From an uncultured Thermomicrobiales bacterium (lineage in GTDB: Bacteria > Chloroflexota > Chloroflexia > Thermomicrobiales > CFX8), in NCBI GenBank assembly GCA_964601285.1, contig CAZRNC010000001.1:1-33668 (forward strand): a stretch of DNA of 33,668 nucleotides, read 5' to 3'. This document shows, piece after piece, positions 7,356 through 15,226 of this stretch. Position 1 is the first letter of the stretch. The number at the start of each line of letters is the position of its first letter. Position numbers and translations under genes: made by a program. Below the pieces are notes generated by a model that had not been told where the DNA came from, did not search any database, and saw only the letters and a program-made list of their open reading frames with translations.

Positions 7356-9281
7356 ATGCAGGATTGGCGAGGAAGACCGGAGTCTGCTGCGGAATACGGT
7401 GTGCTGCTGGCCAGCGAGGTGATGGTGCCGATGCGCGACGGTGTGCGCATGGCCACCGATCTCTACTTCCCGGCCGATCCGGAAAAGCCGGATGTCCGCA
7501 CTGCCGGAGAGTTTCCGACGATCCTGATCCGGACGCCCTATAACAAACGTGATGACAACTCCCGGCAACTCGGCGAGTATTTCGCACAGCGAGGCTACGC
7601 CGTGGTGATTCAGGATTGCCGCGGACGCTACCGCTCCGAGGGCACATTCTATTTCCTGACCCAGGAACCGGAAGATGGCTACGACACCGTTGAATGGGTG
7701 GCAGCCCAGCAGTGGTCTAACGGCAAGGTCGGAATGATGGGTACGTCCTATCTCGGCTGGACCCAGATGGCGGCAGCCGTGCTGAATCCGCCCCACCTCT
7801 CAACAATGGTCATCAACCAGGCCGGCGCGAACGCCTACACCAGCTCGGTGCGGCAGAACGGCGCGATGGAGCTACGCTTCCTCTCCTGGGCATTTCTCGA
7901 CGCAGCGACCGGTCCACCGGCGATTGCCGATCCCGCCCTGAAGGCGTCGTTCGAAGAAGTCTTCTCGTCTGATTGGCTGTCAAACCTGCCATGGCGTCCC
8001 GGCCAGACTCCCCTTTCGCGGGTTCCGCATGTTGAACGCTGGGCGCTGGATCTCTATACCAACGGTGACTATAGCGACTACTGGGAGCATCCCGGCTTCA
8101 ACTTCATGAAGTACTGGAGCGACCATTCCGACATTCCGATGCTGCTCTCCGGCGCGTGGTACGACTCCTACACCCGGGCAACGGTCGAGAATTATGTCGG
8201 GTTAACCGAACGCAAGCAGGGACCGATCCATCTGCTGATGGGTCCATGGACCCACGGTGGAGCAACAGTGGATGTCACCTTCGCCGGCGATGTCGAGCTT
8301 GGCCCAACGGCGTCAGTTGCCGGCAATCTGGCGGAGAACTTCACCCACTTCCACCTGCACTGGTTCGACCACTGGCTCAAGGAGATGGATAACGGCGTCG
8401 ACCGGGAAGGGCCAGTGCGGATCTTTGTCATGAGCGCGGGTTCCGGCGAAAAGAGCCGTGAGGGCCGGCTGGTCCGTGGCGGTGAATGGCGCACCGAGCA
8501 AGAATTTCCGCTGGCACGGGCAACCGACACGCCCTTCTACCTGCAGCCGGAGGGCGATCTCTCTGGCAAGCAGCCGGATGGCGGCACGGAAAACACCACG
8601 TTTACCTTTGATCCACGCAATCCGGTGCCGACGATCGGCGGCAACATCTCGTCGCTGAACGACCAGGCTCCTGCACCGGCCGATTTGGAAGGAAGGCTCA
8701 CCTACGAATCCCGCTGGCGATCGATCGTCAAGGTTGGCGGTCAGGATCAACGCACCGGCCCGGATGTCTATGGCGCCAAGGCTCCATACATGCCGCTCTC
8801 GGCCCGCGATGATGTTGTCGTGTTTCAATCTGCGCCGCTTGAGGAAGATATGGAAGTTACCGGCCCGCTCTCGGCTGTGCTCTATGTCTCGTCCGACGCT
8901 CCGGACACTGATTTCACGATCAAGCTGGTCGATGTCTTCCCGCCATCACGGGACTACCCGCAGGGCTATGACCTGAACATCTCCGACACGATCTTCCGCT
9001 GCCGCTATCGCAACGATCCGGCCAACCCGGAGATGATGGAGCAAGGCGAGGTCTACAAGCTGGAGATTCCGATGTACGGCACCAGCGCCGTCTTTGGCAA
9101 GGGCCACCGGATACGGGTCGACATTTCGTCCAGTAATTTCCCGCGGTTCGACATCAACCCCAACACCGGCGAACCAATCGGCAAGCACCAATCGATGCAG
9201 TCCGCCCGCAACACCATCCACCACAGCGCCGCCCACCCATCCCACATCGTGTTGCCGATCGTGCCCGCCGGGAAGGATTGA
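7356..9281 (+). CDS. CocE/NonD family hydrolase (S15 X-Pro dipeptidyl-peptidase-like alpha/beta hydrolase)
   Basis: 641 aa. Nucleophile elbow GMMGTSYLGWTQ, N-terminal MRDGVRMATDLYFP, C-terminal jelly-roll-like domain (HRIRVDISSSNFPRFD). RBS aggagaggg before the ATG. Confidence 0.9.
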   Translation: MQDWRGRPESAAEYGVLLASEVMVPMRDGVRMATDLYFPADPEKPDVRTAGEFPTILIRTPYNKRDDNSRQLGEYFAQRGYAVVIQDCRGRYRSEGTFYFLTQEPEDGYDTVEWVAAQQWSNGKVGMMGTSYLGWTQMAAAVLNPPHLSTMVINQAGANAYTSSVRQNGAMELRFLSWAFLDAATGPPAIADPALKASFEEVFSSDWLSNLPWRPGQTPLSRVPHVERWALDLYTNGDYSDYWEHPGFNFMKYWSDHSDIPMLLSGAWYDSYTRATVENYVGLTERKQGPIHLLMGPWTHGGATVDVTFAGDVELGPTASVAGNLAENFTHFHLHWFDHWLKEMDNGVDREGPVRIFVMSAGSGEKSREGRLVRGGEWRTEQEFPLARATDTPFYLQPEGDLSGKQPDGGTENTTFTFDPRNPVPTIGGNISSLNDQAPAPADLEGRLTYESRWRSIVKVGGQDQRTGPDVYGAKAPYMPLSARDDVVVFQSAPLEEDMEVTGPLSAVLYVSSDAPDTDFTIKLVDVFPPSRDYPQGYDLNISDTIFRCRYRNDPANPEMMEQGEVYKLEIPMYGTSAVFGKGHRIRVDISSSNFPRFDINPNTGEPIGKHQSMQSARNTIHHSAAHPSHIVLPIVPAGKD

Positions 9282-9378
9282 ATTGGGCCACGCCCGTCTC
9301 GCACAGGAGAGACATGGATTGCTTTTCTATCTGGTTCAGGGTCATCAACCGTGCGTAATGAAGCACGGTGCTTCCACC

Positions 9379-9481
9379 GTCATCCCGAGCGAAGTCGAGG
9401 GACCTCGAGCCACGAATCGTTCAAGGCGAAAGCAAGCCGCATGGAAAGAGATCCTTCGACTTCGCTCAGGATGACAGTCTA
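9379..9481 (+). repeat. Hairpin-forming dispersed (REP-like) repeat, copy 2
   Basis: Arms gtcatcccgagcgaagtcgagggacctc (9379-9406) and gagatccttcgacttcgctcaggatgac (9448-9475) match at 25/28 complementary positions, with a 41-nt loop. Same orientation and same right-hand sequence as copy 1. Confidence 0.7.
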
Positions 9482-9558
9482 AACACCGTTCATTTCCGCG
9501 TTCATTCGACGATCCTGAATGAATTGGAACAAGTGACCGTGGCCGCTCCGGTAAAGGG

Positions 9559-9954
9559 CTACCGCTTTACCTCGATCGACGCGTTGCGGTCCTGCAGCGC
9601 CTGGATAAATCCCTCCCGGTCGAGCGGAGAAATCAGGGTGAATCTGCGGCCATAGCGAATTTCCAGCCGGTCGAGCGAAAGGGCCATCGAGGATAGCGGG
9701 TTGCGGGTTGCACGCACGCTGACGATCTCGTCGATGGCAATGGTCTGTTTGATCGGTCCGGAACGGATGCGGAGCCTGTCACCATCAACCGTGTAATCAG
9801 TTGTGAACCAGAGCCAACCGAAAAATGACCACATAACGACCATCAGTGCAACTGCCCACCATGAGCCGGCAGCAATTGACACGCCGATGCCAAACGCTGC
9901 CGAACCCCACATGACAATGGCAATCCAGCGGTCCTTCTTCGAGGGGAATCGCAT
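9559..9954 (-). CDS. Membrane protein with bacterial PH domain (bPH / DUF1200-like)
   Basis: MRFPSKKDRWIAIVMWGSAAFGIGV.. two TM helices, then a PH-like region (YTVDGDRLRIRSGPIKQTIAIDEIVSV, LEIRYG). ATG at 9954 preferred. The track start (TTG 9996) would add 14 aa. Confidence 0.7.
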   Translation of the reverse strand: MRFPSKKDRWIAIVMWGSAAFGIGVSIAAGSWWAVALMVVMWSFFGWLWFTTDYTVDGDRLRIRSGPIKQTIAIDEIVSVRATRNPLSSMALSLDRLEIRYGRRFTLISPLDREGFIQALQDRNASIEVKR

Positions 9955-10044
9955 GCGGTCGATCCTGCTTCCGGATTCGCGGGGAACATCGTTCAATGTC
10001 CGATTCTAACAAGCCTCTGGCGCAGACGCCTGATCCGGAGTACA

Positions 10045-11409
10045 TTGGCCCATCGGGGCGCAGCCTTGCCCCGGGGGGTGAGTAAAGGACCAACACCAGT
10101 GAGCAGTGGTGGGCGCAAGTCCCGCCGGTTCGCCAGCGTCTTCTTCGGCTGGTGGATTGTCGTCGGCGGCATCGGGCTGCAAATCCTGACCAGCGGACTG
10201 ATCAACCAGGCCTATGGCGCGTATGTCGTCATCCTGAAAGCTCAGTTTGGCTGGAGCCAGACCGCGTTCTCAATTGCCTTCTCTATTCAACAGGTTGAAA
10301 GTGGCCTGCTCGGCCCGCTCCAGGGCTGGATGCTCGACCGGTTCGGCCCACGATTTGTTGCCAGAATCGGCATTTGCATCCTGGCGATGGGCTGCATGCT
10401 ATTCAGCCAGATGAACTCCCTGATGCTCTTTTATGTCAGCTTCCTGGTCATGTCAATCGGCATGAGCATGGCCGGTTTCGTCACCACCACCACGACACTA
10501 ATCAACTGGTTCGAGCGGAAACGCGGCACAGCACTCGGGATCATGCAGACTGGCGGCGCGGTTGGCGGCCTGATGGTGCCGGTCGTCGCCTGGTCACTGG
10601 TCACGTTTGGCTGGCGGCACACGGCGTTCGCCTCGGGCATCATCATCCTGATTGCCGGCCTGCCGCTGGCGCAACTGCTCCGCCACCGGCCCGAGGATTA
10701 CGGCATGCTGCCGGACGGTGCCAAGCCGGCTGCCACACAGGAGTGGCCACCGGAATCCAGAGGAACCGTCAGCGCAGTCTCACCACCTGGCCGTATCGAC
10801 TTCCGACCGCGAGAAGCCTTGCGAACCCGGGCGTTCTGGCTACTTTCACTCGGCCACGGACTGGCACTCTTCCTGGTTACCTCGATGTCGGTCCACCTGA
10901 TTCCGCACCTCACCGAAGACCTCAATCTGTCGCTGGCATTTGCTGCCTCGGTCGTCTCGATGATGATCGGCGGCATGATGGTTGGCCAGCTCACCGGCGG
11001 CTTCCTCGGCGACCGCTTCGACAAGCGGCTCATTGCGGCAGGAGCGATGAGCGGTCACATCGTGGCGATGTCGTTCCTTGCCTGGTCGCATAGTGTGACG
11101 CTGGCGATTCTGGCGGCAATCATCCATGGCTACTGTCACGGGTTCCGTGGTGTCCAGATGATGCCGATCCGGGCTGATTACTTTGGCCGGGCGCACTTCG
11201 GGACGATCATGGGCTTCTCGTCGATGGTGATGCTGATCGGAACGGTGACCGGACCAATCGTCGCCGGGCAGATCTTCGACCGCACCGGAGATTACCGGAT
11301 AGCGTTCCAGATCATGATGGTCGTCGCCGTCATCGCCTCAACGTTCTTCCTCTTCGCCAAAAAGCCGACCCCGCCGGCCCGGTATGCGGGGGGACAAGCA
11401 GCCTCGTAA
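10045..11409 (+). CDS. MFS transporter (oxalate/formate-antiporter-like subfamily)
   Basis: About 12 predicted TM segments, central loop 10680-10830, motif GWMLDRFGPR. Start uncertain: TTG 10045, GTG 10078 or GTG 10102. Confidence 0.85.
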   Translation: MAHRGAALPRGVSKGPTPVSSGGRKSRRFASVFFGWWIVVGGIGLQILTSGLINQAYGAYVVILKAQFGWSQTAFSIAFSIQQVESGLLGPLQGWMLDRFGPRFVARIGICILAMGCMLFSQMNSLMLFYVSFLVMSIGMSMAGFVTTTTTLINWFERKRGTALGIMQTGGAVGGLMVPVVAWSLVTFGWRHTAFASGIIILIAGLPLAQLLRHRPEDYGMLPDGAKPAATQEWPPESRGTVSAVSPPGRIDFRPREALRTRAFWLLSLGHGLALFLVTSMSVHLIPHLTEDLNLSLAFAASVVSMMIGGMMVGQLTGGFLGDRFDKRLIAAGAMSGHIVAMSFLAWSHSVTLAILAAIIHGYCHGFRGVQMMPIRADYFGRAHFGTIMGFSSMVMLIGTVTGPIVAGQIFDRTGDYRIAFQIMMVVAVIASTFFLFAKKPTPPARYAGGQAAS

Positions 11410-11484
11410 AGGCGAAGAGGAACGTCGAGCCAGTCCCATATGGTATCCGAACGTGGAACCAGGCAGCATGGGCCAAGCACTGAT

Positions 11485-12027
11485 TCAGAACATAAGTGGC
11501 ATTATCGCGCCATCTTCTGCATCCTGCTCCTCCGTATCATCCTGGCCCGGGTCCGCATTCTCGATGAAGTCGTCTATCGGAACCCGCCAGTTCGCAAACG
11601 CCTTGTAAATTCGTGGGGTCATTGTCGTATCCGTACTGATCACTCCAGGAATGTCGGACAAACGACCCACCACAAACCGGGTCAATTGCTCCATCCCCGG
11701 AACCACCACATAGACGAGGAGGTCGTAGCGGCCCAAAGCCAACGCAACAAAGGCAACCTCGGGGAAGTCCCGCAGCGTTAACGCAATCTCTTCCAGTTTG
11801 TTCGGTTCGGCTCTAATCCCGATTTGTGCCTGAACCTGATATCCAAGCTTCCTGGGATTCGGGAAGACGGCAGTCGTGATCACACCCCCTTCGATGAGGG
11901 CTTCGACCCTGCGTTTGACCGTTGTCTCGCTCGCATTCGTCATCCGGGCGATTGTGGCATAAGATCCGCGCGGATTCTCTTGTAAACACCGAATCAGCAG
12001 ATAGTCCAATTTATCGACGGATATCAC
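11485..12027 (-). CDS. Lrp/AsnC family transcriptional regulator with acidic C-terminal tail
   Basis: HTH LDYLLIRCLQENPRGSYATIARMTNASETTVKRRVEALIEGGVI followed by a RAM/ACT-like domain. GTG at 12027 has aggggagaag just upstream. The track start (TTG 12057) is the alternative. Divergent from the operon that starts at 12352. Confidence 0.85.
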   Translation of the reverse strand: MISVDKLDYLLIRCLQENPRGSYATIARMTNASETTVKRRVEALIEGGVITTAVFPNPRKLGYQVQAQIGIRAEPNKLEEIALTLRDFPEVAFVALALGRYDLLVYVVVPGMEQLTRFVVGRLSDIPGVISTDTTMTPRIYKAFANWRVPIDDFIENADPGQDDTEEQDAEDGAIMPLMF

Positions 12028-12100
12028 CAGCTTCTCCCCTTCGTTTGTGCGGAACAACCCATTTTCTCACAACCTGATGCCTGAATACTGCGTCTATCTA

Positions 12101-12129
12101 TTGACATGCCAAAGGATGCTACCTAAGAT
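12101..12129 (+). promoter_or_regulatory. Candidate sigma-70-type promoter for the plus-strand operon
   Basis: TTGACA (12101-12106), 17-nt spacer, TAAGAT (12124-12129). This would give a ~220-nt leader before the ATG at 12352. Sequence match only. Confidence 0.4.
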
Positions 12130-12351
12130 GGCCTCGTTGCAACTTGTTGACATCTCTTGGTTGAGGGCCGGACCAGAGATAGAGCGCAAGATGGTATCAC
12201 CCCGGGCTTTGATCGCCACAAATCAACTTGGTTTTCGGTCAATCAGGCCCAAGTATAAGCGCCCGGAGTGAAATGTGGAGAATCAGATCAAGGCCACCCG
12301 ACAATTGAAACGCTGTGCAATGGTGTGAGAGAAAACGAGTAGCCATTATGG

Positions 12352-13524
12352 ATGTCCACGAAAGGGGAAACTGTGGTCTTTGAAGCAAGCTCAATCAGGG
12401 GCAAGACAGCAATTGCGGGAGTCGGTAACACTCGCTTTGGAGCAATGTACCGAGATCTCGACCCGGAACGCACTTCGTATGAACTGGCAGCCGATGCGCT
12501 ACGTGACGCGATCGAGGATGCCGGTATCAACAAGGATGACATCGACGGCCTGCTGTGTGTACGCACTCCATCATATGCACGCATGGCAGATATTGCCGGC
12601 CTCCATCACCTTCGCCTTGTCAACTCCCTGGAAGGTTCTGGACGGATGGCTGGCGTTGCCCTCCAGTACGCCGTCATGGCGATCCTGACTGGTCAGGCAG
12701 AAACGGTTGCAATCGTCTACGGCAACAATGGCCGTTCGGTTGGCGAACGCTACGGTGGCCGCTTCGAGGGCGATTCTCCGGCAGCCTGGGACGCCATGTA
12801 TGGCATGACATCTCCCGGAGCAGCCGTCGCCCACATGTGGAAGCGGTACATGCACACGTACGGTGCGTCCGAAGAAGCATTGGCAGCTGCAGCGATCAAC
12901 AATCGGGCCAACGGCGCGAAAAACCCCAACGCTGTCTTCCAGAAACCCATCACCAAAGAGGAATACCTGCAAGCGCGCTACATCGCTGAACCGCTGCGAC
13001 TCTTTGACTATTGCATCATCAACGACGGCGGTGTCGCAATGATTGTGACTACTGCTGAAAAGGCAAAGACGCTCAAACAGCCGCCGGTCTATGTCGGTGC
13101 CACCTATACCTCAACCGACCTGACCAATTACTACACCACTCACGACTTCTTCTTTGGCGCGATGCAGGACATCGCAAAGCGTCTCTTCGCTGCCGCCGAT
13201 GTCACGCCGAGCGACATCGACTTCGCACAGCTCTACGACAACTTCACGCCAACCCAATTCTTCGCACTCGAAGGCTTCGGATTCTGTGAGCGTGGCACTG
13301 CTCACGAATGGGCCCAGGATGGGCGAATCGCGCTGGATGGCGACCTGCCAGTGAATACCAGTGGCGGGCACACAGCCGAAAGTTACATGCAGGGCCACGC
13401 CCTCACCGTCGAAGCAGTCCGACAGTTGCGTGGACAAGCAGGCGAACGACAGGTTGCCAACGCCAAGGTAGGTTTCTATACCTGTCCGGCACCTATCTGC
13501 AACGCACATATCCTGTACAGCTAG
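12352..13524 (+). CDS. Thiolase-superfamily protein (SCP-x/Ltp2-like) lacking the nucleophilic cysteine
   Basis: 390 aa. The thiolase signature region reads VNSLEGSG where canonical thiolases have N-x-[LV]-C-G-S-G. NTSGGH and QGHA motifs lie near the C-terminus. GTG at 12373 is an alternative start. Confidence 0.85.
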   Translation: MSTKGETVVFEASSIRGKTAIAGVGNTRFGAMYRDLDPERTSYELAADALRDAIEDAGINKDDIDGLLCVRTPSYARMADIAGLHHLRLVNSLEGSGRMAGVALQYAVMAILTGQAETVAIVYGNNGRSVGERYGGRFEGDSPAAWDAMYGMTSPGAAVAHMWKRYMHTYGASEEALAAAAINNRANGAKNPNAVFQKPITKEEYLQARYIAEPLRLFDYCIINDGGVAMIVTTAEKAKTLKQPPVYVGATYTSTDLTNYYTTHDFFFGAMQDIAKRLFAAADVTPSDIDFAQLYDNFTPTQFFALEGFGFCERGTAHEWAQDGRIALDGDLPVNTSGGHTAESYMQGHALTVEAVRQLRGQAGERQVANAKVGFYTCPAPICNAHILYS

Positions 13525-13553
13525 AGATTTCAGATACAGAGGAGAACCGTGCC

Positions 13554-13973
13554 ATGTCCAGCGAAGCTCAAGAGTACGCGAAGCCACTTCCACCAATCAC
13601 GACGCTCAACAAGGCCTTTTGGGAAGGAACCAAACAGGGAGAACTCCGGCTGCAAACCTGCAATGACTGCGGACAGCGCTGGTATCCACCTTCCACCCAC
13701 TGCCCCGGCTGCCTCTCTCGCAACTGGGAGTGGAAGGCGGTCTCCGGGCGCGGCAAGGTCTGGTCGTGGGTGCGTTTCCATCAGCGCTATTTCGCAGCTT
13801 TTGCAGACGACCTTCCGTATAACGTCACACTCGTCGAGCTTGAGGAAGGTGTCATGATGATGTCCCGGCTCGAAGGTATCGAAGATGACCAGATTGTCTG
13901 TGACATGCCGGTCAAAGTCGAATTCTTTCAGGCGACCGACGAGCAGGCTGTCCCGTACTTCGTACCGGCATAG
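13554..13973 (+). CDS. DUF35 OB-fold / zinc-ribbon protein (thiolase partner)
   Basis: 139 aa from ATG 13554 (RBS gaggag 13540-13545). Four-Cys ribbon CNDCGQRWYPPSTHCPGC followed by an OB-fold-like region (GRGKVWSWVRFH). The thiolase + DUF35 pairing is typical. Confidence 0.85.
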   Translation: MSSEAQEYAKPLPPITTLNKAFWEGTKQGELRLQTCNDCGQRWYPPSTHCPGCLSRNWEWKAVSGRGKVWSWVRFHQRYFAAFADDLPYNVTLVELEEGVMMMSRLEGIEDDQIVCDMPVKVEFFQATDEQAVPYFVPA

Positions 13974-13982
13974 GGTGAAGTC

Positions 13983-15143
13983 ATGGAAACGCAAACCACC
14001 TTGCCGTTTGACGATTTGCTGGTTGTCGAGTTGGGTGAGGAAATCGCTTCAGCTCATGCCGGCAGGTTGCTCGCCGAACTTGGCGCTACCGTCATCCGGG
14101 TTGATCCCCCGGATGGCGGCCGGCTCTATCGGACGCCGCCGCTGGTTGGGCACGATGCTTCCGGTCAACCGGTCGGTGCGTCCTACCTGCACCTGAACCG
14201 CAACAAAAAGAGCATCTTCCTGGACACATCAGCCGATGAAGGAAAGGAAGCGCTCAGCAAACTGCTGGCGAAGGCAGATGTCCTGATCGATGGCCTTGGT
14301 ATCGACCAGCTGGCGTCGCTCGGATTCCCCTATGGACCTCTGCTGGAGCAGCATCCCAGGTTGATCGCCGCATCGATTACGCCATTTGGTCTTGACGGGC
14401 CATACCGTGATCTTCAGGCGTCTGACCTGACTGTTGTCGCCCTCGGAGGGCTCTTGAACATGGTGGGCTTCCCGGAGCGGGAACCGTTGCAACTCGGCGG
14501 ATCCCAGGCTCAGTATGCAGCAGGGCTGGCGGCCTTCACCGGGATCATGGCGGCACTATATTACTGTGACAAGACCGGCCACGGGCAGTTGGTTGATGTT
14601 TCGATGCTGGAGACAATCGCCTTTGTCGAATGGAAGAGCGGTACCTACTTCGAAGCAGATGGAGACGTCCGCTACCGAGTCGGTAACCAGTCACACTGGC
14701 TAGTCCTGCCGGCACTCGACGGTTACATTGCGCTGGTCTACCAGGATGACAATTTCCCTGGGTTGATCAAGCTGACCGGTGTCGACGAACTAAACGACGA
14801 GCGCTTCACCACTCGTGCCGGACGCGCCAAACACTCCGATGAAATCAAGAAACTGCTCACACCCTGGTTCGCCACCCGCAACAAGATTGATGTCTACCAC
14901 GAAGGACAAGCACTCGGTGTTCCTCTCGGCTTCGTTGCGACGGCCGAGGATCTACTGACTTCGCCCCAATACGAGGCCCGCGAGTTCTGGAAGACCGTCG
15001 ATCATCCTGCCACCGGGCCGGCAATCTATCCCGGTGCACCATATCGCATGACCGGTGTAACACCACGGACAGATCGTGCGCCGGAACCAGGCGAGCATAC
15101 CAAAGACATTCTCGCCTCTCTTTCAAGTGATTCCGTCACGTAG
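13983..15143 (+). CDS. Family III (CaiB/BaiF) CoA-transferase paralog 1, catalytic Asp replaced by Gln
   Basis: N-terminal LVVELGEEIASAHAGRLLAELGATVIRVDPP and central ..GGSQAQYAAGLAAFTGIMAALYYCDKTGHGQLVDVSM. The position 21 residues before the TGxG Thr is Gln177 (codon 14511-14513). Confidence 0.9.
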   Translation: METQTTLPFDDLLVVELGEEIASAHAGRLLAELGATVIRVDPPDGGRLYRTPPLVGHDASGQPVGASYLHLNRNKKSIFLDTSADEGKEALSKLLAKADVLIDGLGIDQLASLGFPYGPLLEQHPRLIAASITPFGLDGPYRDLQASDLTVVALGGLLNMVGFPEREPLQLGGSQAQYAAGLAAFTGIMAALYYCDKTGHGQLVDVSMLETIAFVEWKSGTYFEADGDVRYRVGNQSHWLVLPALDGYIALVYQDDNFPGLIKLTGVDELNDERFTTRAGRAKHSDEIKKLLTPWFATRNKIDVYHEGQALGVPLGFVATAEDLLTSPQYEAREFWKTVDHPATGPAIYPGAPYRMTGVTPRTDRAPEPGEHTKDILASLSSDSVT

Positions 15144-15226
15144 GTTACTGACGTCCGGCGACAGGAGGTGATGTTCTGGCTGGAAGCGTTCACTCGATTT
15201 GGTGTTCAGCAGAGGAGGACATGAAC

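Noticed and set aside
9348-9369. 7-bp stem-loop accgtgc-N8-gcacggt downstream of the CocE/NonD stop, as a possible terminator; also ttcattc-N9-gaatgaa at 9501-9523
   Set aside because: The stems are short and have no adjoining T/A-run. The much larger repeat hairpin at 9379-9475 is the more plausible transcript-end structure.
9368-9655. 95-aa ORF (..SRAKSRDLEP..SFDFAQDDSL..) and ORF 7005-7232 (..RLRCASLRMTV..)
   Set aside because: These are translations of the hairpin repeat elements and their flanks. The same peptide strings arise wherever the repeat occurs. No RBS or domain supports them.
12047-12271. 74-aa ORF in the Lrp/operon intergenic region, and a possible riboswitch in 12130-12351
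   Set aside because: The ORF has no RBS and an implausible composition. I could not match the leader to any riboswitch consensus I know. It is kept only as a low-interest regulatory-region finding.
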